From Gemmatimonadota bacterium (lineage in GTDB: Bacteria > Gemmatimonadota > Gemmatimonadetes > Longimicrobiales > Gaopeijiaceae), in the NCBI GenBank assembly GCA_034521595.1, contig JAXHMG010000003.1, positions 2,560,001 through 2,624,000 of the forward strand: a stretch of DNA of 64,000 bases, in the 5' to 3' direction. Positions 22,530 through 32,758 of this stretch are shown here, one piece after another. Under the pieces are notes generated by a model, which was given only the letters and a program-made list of their open reading frames with translations, searched no databases and had not been told where the DNA came from. The first letter of the stretch is position 1. Each line of letters opens with the position of its first letter. A program made the translations under genes and the position numbers.

Positions 22530-23653
22530 GTCTCGATCCGTCCCCCTTCGACGTGCCACCGCGGCAGGACCTCCGCGCGCACCCGCACGTCCGACGCCTT
22601 CGGCGCCGTCAACACGACCTGTCCCACCCGGGTGGAATCCATGAGCTCCAGGACTCGCTCGCTTCGGCCGGTGTCGAGCTCGGCGAACACGTCGTCGAAC
22701 AGCATGAGCGGCTCCGTTCCTCGCCGCTCCTGAATCGTACGCGCTTCCACCAACCGCAGCGCGAGCGCCGCCGTGCGCCGTTGTCCGCCCGAGCCATAGC
22801 TTCTGAGGCTCAGGCCCTCACCGTCCCCGGCGAGCCGGAGCCGAACGTCGTCCCGGTGTGGACCGACCACGGTGACGGCCTTGCGATGCTCTCGATCCGC
22901 GGACCGCTCGAGCGCCGTGCGGAACGCGGCCTCGATGTCGGAGACGCTCCGGGCCCCCTCCAGCTTCACGCTCGAGCTGTACGTCATGTTGGCCCCGGCC
23001 TCGCCGGAGATCGTGGCGTAACACTCGTCGAACGGAGCGGAGCTAGCCTCGACCCACGCCACGCGGGCCGCGACGACCCGTGCGCCGCTGCGCACGAGCC
23101 CGTCGTTCCACGCGGTCACGACCGACCGTGGCGCCCGCCCCTTCAGGGAGGCATTCCGTCGGGCCAGCACACGCCGGTACTCCTGAAGCGCGCTCAGGTA
23201 GCCCGGCTCGTTCAGCGACAACAGGATATCGAGAAAGCGGCGCCGCTCGGCGGGCCCTCCTCCGACCAGCTCAATATCCGCCGGGGAGAAGATCACGGCC
23301 GCGAGACCGCCGATGGCATCGCCCAAGCGGTCCGGCTCGACGCCGTCCACGGTGACCTTCTTGCGCTTGCCGTCACGCGCGAACGCGGCCGTGATCTCAC
23401 TGACGCTACTGCCAACCTCTCCTCCCGATTGCACCGTCCCACCGATTCGGAACACGTCCTCGCCGAACGCCACGAGCTGCTCGTCGCGGGCGCCGCGAAA
23501 GGATCGAAACGTCTCCAGATAGTAGATGGCCTCGAGGAAGCTGGACTTGCCCTGCGCATTATCGCCCACCAGGGCCACGCCTTCATGCGGGATCTCCAGG
23601 TCCTGAACGCCGAGATTCCGGAACCGGCGCAGGCTGAGACTCGTCAGCCGCAC
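22526..23653 (-). CDS. recF: DNA replication/repair protein RecF
   Basis: FRNL, GDNAQGKSSFLEAI, GPAERRRFLD, GPHRDD, GSGGQRR, DDVFAELD; GTG start chosen. Confidence 0.95.
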   Translation of the reverse strand: MRLTSLSLRRFRNLGVQDLEIPHEGVALVGDNAQGKSSFLEAIYYLETFRSFRGARDEQLVAFGEDVFRIGGTVQSGGEVGSSVSEITAAFARDGKRKKVTVDGVEPDRLGDAIGGLAAVIFSPADIELVGGGPAERRRFLDILLSLNEPGYLSALQEYRRVLARRNASLKGRAPRSVVTAWNDGLVRSGARVVAARVAWVEASSAPFDECYATISGEAGANMTYSSSVKLEGARSVSDIEAAFRTALERSADREHRKAVTVVGPHRDDVRLRLAGDGEGLSLRSYGSGGQRRTAALALRLVEARTIQERRGTEPLMLFDDVFAELDTGRSERVLELMDSTRVGQVVLTAPKASDVRVRAEVLPRWHVEGGRIET

Positions 23654-23875
23654 GGTGGGCGGTTTCTCAAAGACCCTCGAGGCATGATCAAAGTTAACGT
23701 CGGCCGCGTCACCCGACCACCCCGTTCGGACGAGCCCAAACTCCTTGCATCGCAAGGATTTTGGCACGTTCGCCCAACACCTCGATCAGGCTCGGAATGC
23801 ACCCGTGGCGCTTCGGCCACCGTGAGGTTCCTGCACGGTTCTTGGAGAGGGTCGAGAGAGCCTCTGGCAGGACGC

Positions 23876-24661
23876 TCAACGCGCCTTGAATTCCGGCTTT
23901 CGCTTGTCGAGGAACGCGGACATGCCCTCCTTCATGTCTTCCGTCGAAGCGAGCAGCCCGAAGAGGGAAGACTCGTAGTCCAGTGCCTCGGCCGTGGCCG
24001 TATCCACCGCCCGATACATCGATTCGAGCGCCATGCGAACGGCCACGGGACCGTTCTTCGTGATGCGGCGCAGGAAGGACTTGGCCTCGTCGAGCAGCTC
24101 GGCGCGCGGCACGACCGCCGATACCACACCGATCTCCCGTGCCTGCTCGGCATCGAACATGTCGCCCGTGAGCGTCAACTCCACGGCCCGCCCCAGGCCG
24201 GCGAGACGGGCGAGGCGGATCGTGCCGCCGTATCCCGGGATGATCCCCAGGCCCACCTCGGGCAAGCCGAACTTTGCGTTGTCGGACGCGATGCGAAGGT
24301 GGCAGGCGAGCGCCAACTCACAACCGCCCCCGAGCGCGAATCCACCGACCGCGGCCAGCACCGGCTTCGGAAAGCGCTCGATCGAGCGGAAGACATCCTG
24401 ACCGTCGCGGCTGATGCGCACCCCGGTCACCGAGTCCATCTTCGCGAGCTCACCGATGTCGGCTCCGGCGACGAAAGCCTTCTCTCCCGCGCCCGTCAGA
24501 ACGACACCACGGACCTCGTCGTCGTCCCGTAACCCGGCGAACGCCTCACCGATCTCCGACACGACGTCGGCGTTGAGCGCGTTCATCTTCTTCTGGCGGT
24601 CGACCGTCACGATGGCGAGCTCGCCGTCTCGCTCGATCGTCACGTAGTTGAATTCAGTCAT
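23876..24661 (-). CDS. crt: Enoyl-CoA hydratase (crotonase)
   Basis: MNALN, AFVAGADI, GFALGGGCELALAC, FGLPEVGLGIIPGYGGT, EGMSAFLDKRKP. Confidence 0.92.
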   Translation of the reverse strand: MTEFNYVTIERDGELAIVTVDRQKKMNALNADVVSEIGEAFAGLRDDDEVRGVVLTGAGEKAFVAGADIGELAKMDSVTGVRISRDGQDVFRSIERFPKPVLAAVGGFALGGGCELALACHLRIASDNAKFGLPEVGLGIIPGYGGTIRLARLAGLGRAVELTLTGDMFDAEQAREIGVVSAVVPRAELLDEAKSFLRRITKNGPVAVRMALESMYRAVDTATAEALDYESSLFGLLASTEDMKEGMSAFLDKRKPEFKAR

Positions 24662-24869
24662 GTTTGAGCGTCCTCTCGGGTCATGGTGTCGGGCGGATCG
24701 TTCACGAGCTCGCGAGGCTCGCGGCGGAAGATAGCGACCGAAACGGACATGGAAAAAGGCTCCGGGACGCCTTACCTTCACGCCTTCGCGCCCCCTGGAG
24801 CGAGCGGCCGCGGACGGCCGCCCGCCCTTTTCGTGAGCCTCACGAGTCCATTACGAGGAGTTTCGCGCC

Positions 24870-25343
24870 ATGAGCCGGTCCCTCAACAAGATCATGCTGA
24901 TCGGGAACGTCGGGAACGATCCGGAGATCCGGGCCACGAGCTCCGGTGCCCGTGTCGCCAAGGTCTCACTCGCGACGAACCGCACGTGGTCCGACCGCGC
25001 CGGTCAGCAGCAAGAGCGGACCGAATGGCACCGGCTCACCTTCTTCGGGCGACTGGTCGATATCGTCGAGCAGTGGGTCAGCAAGGGAGACCGACTGTAC
25101 GTGGAGGGCCGTATCGAATACTCCCAGGTCGAGGGAGAGAGCGGTACCCGTTACTTCACCGACATCGTCGTGTCCGACATGGTCATGCTCGGATCCGCCG
25201 GAGCCGGATCGGGCTCCGGTGGCGGGAGTGGGGAATTCGGTGAGGGATACGGTGGAGGAGGAGGCGGCGCGGGAGAGAGCCCCGGCCGGCCGAACGATGC
25301 CGGACCGTCCGTCTCGGAGCCCGACGACGACCTGCCGTTTTGA
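24870..25343 (+). CDS. ssb: Single-stranded DNA-binding protein
   Basis: SLNKIMLIGNVGNDPE, TEWHR, KGDRLYVEGRI, Gly-rich linker, C-terminal DDDLPF. Confidence 0.97.
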   Translation: MSRSLNKIMLIGNVGNDPEIRATSSGARVAKVSLATNRTWSDRAGQQQERTEWHRLTFFGRLVDIVEQWVSKGDRLYVEGRIEYSQVEGESGTRYFTDIVVSDMVMLGSAGAGSGSGGGSGEFGEGYGGGGGGAGESPGRPNDAGPSVSEPDDDLPF

Positions 25344-25375
25344 CGCGCCTTCGGGGTCCGTGGCCCGAACGCCGC

Positions 25376-25708
25376 TCAGCCCTCGGGCGAAGTCTCGACG
25401 TCCGACTTCCAGAGACCCATGAGATATTCGTCGTATCTCTCGGGATGCGCCGCGTAATCCTCTACCCAGACTTCGAACGGCGGCAGGGCGACCCGGCGGG
25501 ACAGCCAATCGGTGGCCACCCGCACCATCTCGGCATACCCGAGCCCCCCTTCACGACCGTCCTCGGCTCCAGCCCGATGCGCGATCATGTAGATCTCATC
25601 GGGACTCAGGTAGACGAGTAGGTCGGCGACCTGCGCCGAACAGTAGTCCAAGTACTTGGCGCGCAGGACTCCGAGAGGCTCACCCGGCCCCGGATCGCCT
25701 GCGTCCAC
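25376..25708 (-). CDS. Hypothetical protein ('LPPFxVW' domain)
   Basis: GGGAGG RBS before GTG 25708; homologous to the N-terminal part of 26411-26977. Confidence 0.75.
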   Translation of the reverse strand: MDAGDPGPGEPLGVLRAKYLDYCSAQVADLLVYLSPDEIYMIAHRAGAEDGREGGLGYAEMVRVATDWLSRRVALPPFEVWVEDYAAHPERYDEYLMGLWKSDVETSPEG

Positions 25709-25731
25709 GTTTGGACCCTCCCGCCGAACGT

Positions 25732-25760
25732 AAAAAAGCCCCCCGGCTGACACCGGGCGC
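25732..25760 (-). terminator. Weak intrinsic terminator candidate
   Basis: Minus strand GCGCCCGG-TGTCAG-CCGGGGGGC-TTTTTT. Confidence 0.4.
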
Positions 25761-25827
25761 GAATGTAGGGGAGCCAACCCCCTTACGCGCCAAGGTATGT
25801 GCCGTGATGCGGGTCAGCGCAAGGGTC

Positions 25828-26037
25828 TCAGCTCAGCGGGGAGGTAGCGCTCTCGATCGCCTCGTCGGGACGGCTGTCCTCACTATCGCGAAGATGGCGA
25901 TAAATCGAACGCCGCGTGAGGCCGTAGAGGACGATCCGGCTCAGAAACTCCGGATCACTTTCCTGGACTTCTTCCGCCTGGGCGGCAATGTCCCGGGGAA
26001 GCCGGACGCTGAGCTGAACGGATCGTGTTTCCCACAT
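25828..26037 (-). CDS. Small ribbon-helix-helix-like hypothetical protein
   Basis: MWETRSVQLSVRLPRDIAAQAEE: alternating beta-strand pattern followed by helices; AGAGGTG RBS. Confidence 0.7.
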   Translation of the reverse strand: MWETRSVQLSVRLPRDIAAQAEEVQESDPEFLSRIVLYGLTRRSIYRHLRDSEDSRPDEAIESATSPLS

Positions 26038-26410
26038 CGACGCACCTCTTCGACTCTGAACGGAAAAAACTTGCAATTCGAACTTTCTACGAACCGGCAT
26101 GATCCGTGCCGGATGCTCTTCAGCGAGAGGTGCTAGCCAGCCTCAAGGTGCGGTCAACGGTAAGCGTGCCCCCAGGGGCCCGCAACCCCCGAAAACCGGA
26201 CACCGCACGAACCCCGAAAGCCCGTAAGCCGTTGCCGCACAAGCACTTAGGTTTTTTCCACACAACGGGAAATCAGCTGTTCCCCAACGCATCGCTGCAT
26301 TCCATCGTACTTCGTCTACGCTCCGGAAGTGCAAGAACGACACAGAGTTTCCGAACGCGCCACCTCACCTCACGCCCCACCGACCCTGAACGGATTTTTG
26401 CAAAAATTGG

Positions 26411-26977
26411 TCACGGAAGGGTCGAGCGTAAAAAAGCCTCGAGAGCCGCCTCCTCGAAGTCGAGAAAGCGCTCGCGCACCTGTTCCGGACCCGTTTCGCG
26501 GAATACCACGGCCGTGTCATGGACTTCGGATGGAGACGATCCCTCGAAGGCGATGAAGCCCCGCCAGGCTCCGCCTTCGTGAAACGCCCGCACCCTCACC
26601 TCCCACGACTCGCCGAAGCAACGGAGACGGCGCCGCGCCAGCGTCACCGGGTCCGCCGCCGTCGGCGGGTCCGCCGACTCCGCCCACTCGCGAAGGTGAG
26701 CGCTCGGGAACCGCTCGTGATCTTTCACCCAAACGGAGAAGGGGGGGAGTGGAAGAAGCGTGGCGCAATATTCGACGAGCAAACGCAAAGGGTCCGGATC
26801 GGACGCGCCCCGTGGAGAGGCGTGGAGGGCAGCGCGATAGAGCGGGCGCACGGCTTCCCGTGGCAGCATCGCGACCAACCGCCGGGCCTGCCTGCGCCTA
26901 TACCCTTCGTACAGCTCCCGGAGCTCTGATTCATCCCGGGCCGTGGCCGACCCGACCGACGCGATCACCTGGCTCAT
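26411..26977 (-). CDS. Hypothetical protein ('LPPFxVW' domain plus C-terminal beta-rich domain)
   Basis: Protein-like ORF; homology to 25376-25708. Confidence 0.75.
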   Translation of the reverse strand: MSQVIASVGSATARDESELRELYEGYRRRQARRLVAMLPREAVRPLYRAALHASPRGASDPDPLRLLVEYCATLLPLPPFSVWVKDHERFPSAHLREWAESADPPTAADPVTLARRRLRCFGESWEVRVRAFHEGGAWRGFIAFEGSSPSEVHDTAVVFRETGPEQVRERFLDFEEAALEAFLRSTLP

Positions 26978-26987
26978 CGACCGGATG

Positions 26988-27872
26988 CTAGTGCACGGTC
27001 GACGATGTGAAAGCCGAGCCGACGCTTTCGAAGTCGGCACCCGTGTGGACGAGGTTGAGTCCGGAAAGGGTTTCTCGAGCGCCGAAGGTCTCGACTACCC
27101 GGGAGAGCTCCGAGAAGCGATCAGGCTCGAACCGCGCGGTGATCCTGGCGAGCCCGGAGCGCATCGAGGCGACCACGCTCCGGGTCTCCCCGAAGGACAT
27201 GGGCAGGCCGAATTGGACGTGGTACTCCAGCCCCGACTCCGGGGATGAAGACCGAACCCGACGGAGTCGCGCGTCCGGGAACGCGTCGAAGAGCGACTGC
27301 TCGAGCGCGACGTCCCTCTCGTGGAGCGCCGTCCGAAAGACGACCGCACACCCCTCGTAATCCAGGTGAGCACGCACCACACGCCCCGACCCGAGCAGGA
27401 TCCGGATCGACGTACCCTCGTGGAGATCGAAATCGCGGCAGATGTCCCGATACCCGATCCGGAGCAGGATGGGTCGGGTCAATGGCCCGAACCCCACCCG
27501 TTCCAACACGCGCAGCCCGACTCGGAAGGCATACCGCCTCAACGCATCCATGCCCTCCGCATCGGCCGCACGCTCCATGAGCTCGGTCACGTGTTCCTGG
27601 GTCGGCTCGTAGGCCCAGTCGAGCACCACGAGCTCCGTGCTGAGGTCCAGCACCTTCGCGCGCCCGCTACCCAGATCGAGCGCTTCCGAGGCCGCGGCAT
27701 ATCGCCCGTTGACGACGAGGGCCATCCCGATGTCCTCGATCCTTCCGCCGGCGAGGTCCATCTCGTGGACGTCTCGGTATTGAACGATCGCCCGTGTGAG
27801 CGGCACCGCGCACACGCCCGGAACGTCACCCATCGCCTCCGGAGGGAGAGAACTCCGCACAGCAGGGTCCAT
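26988..27872 (-). CDS. Hypothetical protein
   Basis: GAGGAG RBS before ATG 27872; protein-like composition; 10-bp gap to the next gene. Confidence 0.7.
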   Translation of the reverse strand: MDPAVRSSLPPEAMGDVPGVCAVPLTRAIVQYRDVHEMDLAGGRIEDIGMALVVNGRYAAASEALDLGSGRAKVLDLSTELVVLDWAYEPTQEHVTELMERAADAEGMDALRRYAFRVGLRVLERVGFGPLTRPILLRIGYRDICRDFDLHEGTSIRILLGSGRVVRAHLDYEGCAVVFRTALHERDVALEQSLFDAFPDARLRRVRSSSPESGLEYHVQFGLPMSFGETRSVVASMRSGLARITARFEPDRFSELSRVVETFGARETLSGLNLVHTGADFESVGSAFTSSTVH

Positions 27873-28037
27873 CGTGGCTCCTCGCTCGCACCGTCGGTAA
27901 CCAACGGGACCACGATCGCCGGGCCCCGAGCGCGTCGTTCCTCCGGACTCGCCGGTCCGAGAGGACTCGCACGATAACCGTTCTCTCACGCCGGTCGCAA
28001 TCCCGACGAGCGCCCCAGGGACGGCACCGCCGTGATG

Positions 28038-28066
28038 TTGCCTCGACACCGCCCCGACCTTATCTT
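28038..28066 (+). promoter_or_regulatory. Sigma70-like promoter for rpsU
   Basis: TTGCCT-N17-TATCTT about 40 nt upstream of rpsU. Confidence 0.55.
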
Positions 28067-28102
28067 TTTAAGCTCGCCAATCGGTTTTCAACATGTAGGA
28101 AG

Positions 28103-28306
28103 GTGATCCTTTTGGAAGTCGTCGTTCAGGACAATGAGAGCCTCGACCGCGCACTGCGCCGGTTCAAGCGGAAAGTACAGCGGTCCGGTCTCTACTCCGA
28201 GCTCCGCAAGCGGAGGTACTACGAGAAGCCCAGTGCCCAGCGCAAGCGGAAGCGGGAGGCGGCGATTCGTAGAGAACGTCGACGGCAGCGGCGCGGACGT
28301 CGCTGA
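28103..28306 (+). CDS. rpsU: 30S ribosomal protein S21 (true start possibly TTG 28112)
   Basis: [14 protein letters not shown]...[12 protein letters not shown]. Confidence 0.96.
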   Translation: MILLEVVVQDNESLDRALRRFKRKVQRSGLYSELRKRRYYEKPSAQRKRKREAAIRRERRRQRRGRR

Positions 28307-28337
28307 AGCGTTCGCGGCCACGACCGCGAACGCATGG

Positions 28338-28376
28338 AAGCCGGCTCTCTCCGTTCGCGGGGAGGGCCGGCTTTTT
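28338..28376 (+). terminator. Rho-independent terminator of rpsU
   Basis: AAGCCGGCTCTCTCC-GTTCGC-GGGGAGGGCCGGCTTTTT. Confidence 0.85.
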
Positions 28377-28435
28377 CGTGGATGCTCGGGACGGACCGCC
28401 CGCCTCCCCATGAGCGGCGTCGCCATCCGCTCCGG

Positions 28436-29227
28436 TCAGGCGACGCGTCCCCGGCCGAACACGTGCTCGAGACCCGCCCACCCTTCGAGCGCTTCCGGGG
28501 TGAGGAGCTCGTTGACGAATTGTACTCGGAGCCACCGACGAGCCCCGCTGTCTCGGAGCGTCCCGGGCGTCGCGCCGGTGACGACGCGCACCATGCGGCA
28601 CATGTTCGTATCCGACGTGAAACCAAGGGCTCGCGCTGTCTCCGCCACCGTCGCCGTTGGATCCGAAAGCATCTCGGCTACCGCGAGACTCCGGAGCCAC
28701 CGCAGGTACGTGAACGGCGAAGCCAGCCCTCTGCGGCGGAAGCGCGCCTTCAACGCGCCCCGACTCAACCCCGACACCTCGGCGAGCGTGCTCAGGTCCG
28801 TATAGCGGCACGGAAACTCGAGCGTGTGTCTGGCCAGCGCCCGGAACGCGAGCGGAAGCACCCGTCCGGCACTACGACCGAGATCCGCCAGCAGCCGGTC
28901 GACCCAGGTCCGCTCCAGGGCCGTTTCACCGATGCGCCGCCGCAACCGGACCGCGAGATATTCCACCTTCGGCCGCGGCACCTCCGAGCGCCGGCGGTCT
29001 TCCTCCCAGCGCGCGCGTAGGTCGGAGGACACGAGGAGCACGGGGACGTGGCGCTGCGAGCGGAGCGTCCTCGGATCCGGTGCGTCGTCCCGAACATGGA
29101 GACGCGGATACCCGTGAAGAAGGCCGAGCTGAACCCACGACGGAACGCTCACGACCTCTTCATCCGCCCGAGCCGCACGCTCGAGGGCGTTGCGCAACAC
29201 TGGATCCCGAGTCGTCGCCAAGATCAT
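28436..29227 (-). CDS. AraC-type HTH transcriptional regulator
   Basis: LAEVSGLSRGALKARF...SPFTYLRWLR...TVAETARALGFTSDTNMCRMVRVVTGATP. Confidence 0.8.
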   Translation of the reverse strand: MILATTRDPVLRNALERAARADEEVVSVPSWVQLGLLHGYPRLHVRDDAPDPRTLRSQRHVPVLLVSSDLRARWEEDRRRSEVPRPKVEYLAVRLRRRIGETALERTWVDRLLADLGRSAGRVLPLAFRALARHTLEFPCRYTDLSTLAEVSGLSRGALKARFRRRGLASPFTYLRWLRSLAVAEMLSDPTATVAETARALGFTSDTNMCRMVRVVTGATPGTLRDSGARRWLRVQFVNELLTPEALEGWAGLEHVFGRGRVA

Positions 29228-29280
29228 GACGGAGCAGATCGACGCGGCATGGGTTCACGTTTCATGTCGGAAGCTGCATG

Positions 29281-29316
29281 AAGGGCCCGTGACGCGCAAA
29301 TGCGTCACGGGCCCTT
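29281..29316. terminator. Hairpin/terminator downstream of hbd
   Basis: AAGGGCCCGTGACGC-GCAAAT-GCGTCACGGGCCCTT perfect 15-bp stem. Confidence 0.7.
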
Positions 29317-29367
29317 TCCCTGGGCGCCCGGCGGCATCCCTCGCTCGCCGGGACACGCATCACCCGC

Positions 29368-30246
29368 TCAGATCGACATCGGAACCGGCTTTTCACCGGA
29401 CCAGTCGTAGAAGCCCTTTCCGGTCTTTTTGCCGTAGCGGCCCATGGACACGATCCGCTTGAGGAGGGGCGGAGGAGCGTAGCGCTCTTCCCGATACTCT
29501 TCGAACATGATCTCGCTGATCTTGTACAGCGTGTCGATGCCGACGAAGTCGCACAGAGTGAACGGTCCCATCGGGTACCCGCAGCCCAGAACCATCCCCG
29601 TATCGATGTCCTCGATGCTCGCCACCCCCCTCTCGAGCTGGCGAATGGCATCGAGCATGTAGGGGACGAGGAGCAGGTTGACGACGAAGCCCGAGTTGTC
29701 CTTCGCGGCGATCGGAGCCTTTCCGAGCTTTCTCGAAAAATCGAACGCCCGGTCGAACGTCTCGTCGCTCGTCGCGATCGTACGGACAACCTCCACGAGC
29801 TTCATGACCGGCACGGGATTGAAGAAGTGGAGCCCGATGAACCGATCGGGACGGTCGGTGGCGGCGGCCATGTCCGTGATCGTCAGCGAGCTCGTGTTGG
29901 ACGCGAAGATCGTTCTCTCACCACAGATTCGGTCCAGCTCCCGGAAGAGGTCGTTCTTGACCTCGAGGTCCTCGACGATCGCCTCCATGACGAGATCGGA
30001 TGAGGCGAGGTCGGACACCTCCGTGGTGAACGTGAGCCTCCCGAGAGCAGCGTCCCGATCCTCCTCCGAGAGCTTCTCCTTGGACACCGCCCGCTCGAGC
30101 GACTTTTCGATCCGCGCCCGTCCCCGGTCCACCGCAGCCTGGTCGATTTCACGCACGACGACGGGAAAGCCACGGGTCGCGGCGACCTCCGCGATTCCGC
30201 TTCCCATGAGACCACACCCGACGACTCCGACCTTTTCGATACTCAA
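29368..30246 (-). CDS. hbd: 3-hydroxybutyryl-CoA dehydrogenase
   Basis: VGCGLMGSGIA, EAIVEDLEVK, ASNTSSL, GLHFFNPVPVMKLVE, GYPMGP, GKKTGKGFY. Confidence 0.95.
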   Translation of the reverse strand: MSIEKVGVVGCGLMGSGIAEVAATRGFPVVVREIDQAAVDRGRARIEKSLERAVSKEKLSEEDRDAALGRLTFTTEVSDLASSDLVMEAIVEDLEVKNDLFRELDRICGERTIFASNTSSLTITDMAAATDRPDRFIGLHFFNPVPVMKLVEVVRTIATSDETFDRAFDFSRKLGKAPIAAKDNSGFVVNLLLVPYMLDAIRQLERGVASIEDIDTGMVLGCGYPMGPFTLCDFVGIDTLYKISEIMFEEYREERYAPPPLLKRIVSMGRYGKKTGKGFYDWSGEKPVPMSI

Positions 30247-30314
30247 GATTATTCTCTCCGTCCGTTACGATCGATCTTCACGAAATAATGAGCGTTCCCC
30301 GCGAGGAGCGCGGC

Positions 30315-31520
30315 TCAGAGCGCCTCGACGATTACCGCGCCGCCCTGTCCACCTCCGATGCAGGCCGACCCCAAGCCGAAACGCTCACCGCGCCTTCTCA
30401 GCTCGTGGAGGAGATGAATGGTGATGCGCGCTCCCGAAGCAGCCAAAGGATGCGTGATGGCGATGGCGCCTCCGTCCACGTTGGTCTTGTCGGGATCGAG
30501 ACCCAACTCCTTCTCGACGGACTTGTATTGGGGCGCGAACGCTTCGTTGACCTCGACGAGGTCCATGTCGTCCAGGGACAGGCCCGCCTTCTCGAGCGCG
30601 AGACGCGCGGCCGGCGCGGGCCCGATGCCCATGACCTTGGGCTCGACACCCACGAAGCCCCACGACACGATACGCCCGAGGGGCTCGAGCCCGTTCGCCT
30701 CGGCCCAGTCGGACCCCGCGAGCACCGCGCTCGCGGCCCCGTCCCCGATGCCGCTCGCGTTCCCAGCGGTCACGAAGCCGTCCTTACGGAAGAACGGACG
30801 GAGCTTCGCGAGCATCTCCATCGTCGTATCCGGACGCATGTGCTCGTCCGCCGCGTACTCCGTTTCGCCCTTTCGGGTCTTCACCGTGACGGGCACGATC
30901 TCCGCGTCGAACCGACCCTCATCCCATGCCGCCTTGGCCCGCTGCTGCGAACGGTACGCCACCTCGTCGGCCTCCTCCCGCGCGACGCCGTAGCGGTCGG
31001 CCAACTCCTCGGCCGTCTGGGCCATCGTCAGGTCACAGTTGGTATCGAGCAGCGCCTGCCAGAGAAGATCCTCGAACTGCTCGCCGGCCGGCCCTAGACG
31101 CATGCGGCCCCACCGGGCGCCGCGCACCACGTGCGGCGCCTGGCTCATGGACTCGGTTCCACCCGCCAGGCATACGTTCGCCTCCCCGAGCACGATCTCC
31201 TTTGCTCCCTGAACAAGCGCCTCGAAGCCGGACCCGCACAGGCGGTTCACCGTGAGCGCCGGCTTCTCCTGCGGAACCCCGGTACGAAGGGCCACGTGCC
31301 GAGCCAGATAAATCGCGTCCGAGGACGTCTGGAGCGCGTTCCCGAAGAAGGTGTGGTCGACCGCGTCTTCCGGGACGCCGGCCTCTTCGATCGCCGCAGT
31401 GCTGCTGACGACGCCGAGGTCGGTCGCCGTGAAGTCCTTGAGGGTTCCCCCGAACGTACCGAAGCCGGTGCGCTTCCCCGAAAGGATGACGACGTCGCGT
31501 GAATGTCCCTGAGTGGTCAT
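30315..31520 (-). CDS. Acetyl-CoA C-acyltransferase (thiolase)
   Basis: TVNRLCGSG, GGTESMS, TAGNASG, EVNEAFA, GGAIAITHPLAASG, SACIGGGQG. Confidence 0.95.
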   Translation of the reverse strand: MTTQGHSRDVVILSGKRTGFGTFGGTLKDFTATDLGVVSSTAAIEEAGVPEDAVDHTFFGNALQTSSDAIYLARHVALRTGVPQEKPALTVNRLCGSGFEALVQGAKEIVLGEANVCLAGGTESMSQAPHVVRGARWGRMRLGPAGEQFEDLLWQALLDTNCDLTMAQTAEELADRYGVAREEADEVAYRSQQRAKAAWDEGRFDAEIVPVTVKTRKGETEYAADEHMRPDTTMEMLAKLRPFFRKDGFVTAGNASGIGDGAASAVLAGSDWAEANGLEPLGRIVSWGFVGVEPKVMGIGPAPAARLALEKAGLSLDDMDLVEVNEAFAPQYKSVEKELGLDPDKTNVDGGAIAITHPLAASGARITIHLLHELRRRGERFGLGSACIGGGQGGAVIVEAL

Positions 31521-31618
31521 GAATCCCCTGATCCGTTGGTGAACGTACGTTCTCTTCTTCTCTGGTCCGGTCGTGCGCGATCAGCTACCCCGGGGAAACG
31601 ACGCGGTTCACCCGAGCG

Positions 31619-32668
31619 TCAACCGCGAAGGCGGCTCACGATCCAGTCCCCCACCTCGCTGGTACGGAGCGTGCCCCCGAGATCGGGCGTGCATTGGCCC
31701 TCGGAAATGGACGCGACAACCGCTTCGTGCACGCGCTCGGCTTCCCTCGTGTCCCCGAAATGTGCCAGGAGCAGCCCCGCGCTACGGATGGCACCGACGG
31801 GATTCGCGACGCCCTCGCCCGCGATGTCCGGTGCGGAACCGTGCACGGGCTCGAACAGCGCGTGACGCCCCGGATGGAGGTTGGCGGAGGGCGCGAGCCC
31901 GAGCCCGCCCGTGATCTCGGCGGCAAGGTCGCTCACGATGTCTCCGAACAAGTTCGGCGCCACGATGACGTCGTATCGTCCAGGACGCCGTACCAGATCC
32001 ATGGCCATCGCGTCCACGTACATGGCATCCCGCTCGATCCCGGTGAACTCTTCGCCGACCTCGTGGAACACCCGGCGCCACAGGCCACCGACGTGTCGCA
32101 TGGCATTCGCCTTGTCCACCAGCGTCACGCGCTCCCGCTCCCGGCTCCGGGCATGCTCGAACGCGGCCCGGATCAGCCGCTCGACCCCTTTCCGCGTCGC
32201 GAGGTTTTCCTCGATCGCCAGCTCGTCGGGTGTTCCCTTCTTGAAGCTCCCACCGAGTCCGGTGTACTCGCCTTCCGTGTTCTCCCGGAAGATCTCCAGC
32301 CGGAGCCCCGGCTCCACGGAACGCAGGGGGCAGTGGTCCCGATCCAACAACACGCACGGCCGGTAGTTCACGTACAGATCGAGCTTGAACCGCATTCCCA
32401 GCAGGATGTCCTTCGCGTGCTCGTTCCCGGGCACCCGCGGATCCCCCAGAGCGCCGAGCAGAACCGCGTCGTGCTCGTCCGCGAGCGAGCGGAACTCGTC
32501 GTCCGTGATGGTCACTCCTTCCCGGAGATACCGCTCCGCGCCGAGATCCCACTCCACGAGCTCATAGGGCTCAGCGGAAGTTTCGCCGCACGCATCGAGC
32601 ACGCGACGGGCTTCCGCCAACACTTCACTTCCGATTCCATCGCCGGGAATGAGGGCGATCCTGGGCAT
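31619..32668 (-). CDS. leuB: 3-isopropylmalate/tartrate dehydrogenase family protein
   Basis: IALIPGDGIG, RENTEGEY, DKANA, NLFGDIVSD, FEPVHGSAPDIAG; exact substrate uncertain. Confidence 0.8.
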   Translation of the reverse strand: MPRIALIPGDGIGSEVLAEARRVLDACGETSAEPYELVEWDLGAERYLREGVTITDDEFRSLADEHDAVLLGALGDPRVPGNEHAKDILLGMRFKLDLYVNYRPCVLLDRDHCPLRSVEPGLRLEIFRENTEGEYTGLGGSFKKGTPDELAIEENLATRKGVERLIRAAFEHARSRERERVTLVDKANAMRHVGGLWRRVFHEVGEEFTGIERDAMYVDAMAMDLVRRPGRYDVIVAPNLFGDIVSDLAAEITGGLGLAPSANLHPGRHALFEPVHGSAPDIAGEGVANPVGAIRSAGLLLAHFGDTREAERVHEAVVASISEGQCTPDLGGTLRTSEVGDWIVSRLRG

Positions 32669-32758
32669 CTCGATCCGTTGATTGCGGGTGCACTCGGCCG
32701 ACGAGGCGCCGGACATTAAATGAATGGGACGGGCGGTGCCACCGTCCGTGAACGGCGC

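Noticed and set aside
26040-26410. Possible oriC (lower GC, TTTTCCACA at 26254-26262, near recF/gyrB/ssb)
   Set aside because: Only one near-consensus DnaA box, no box cluster or clear unwinding element, and no dnaA adjacent.
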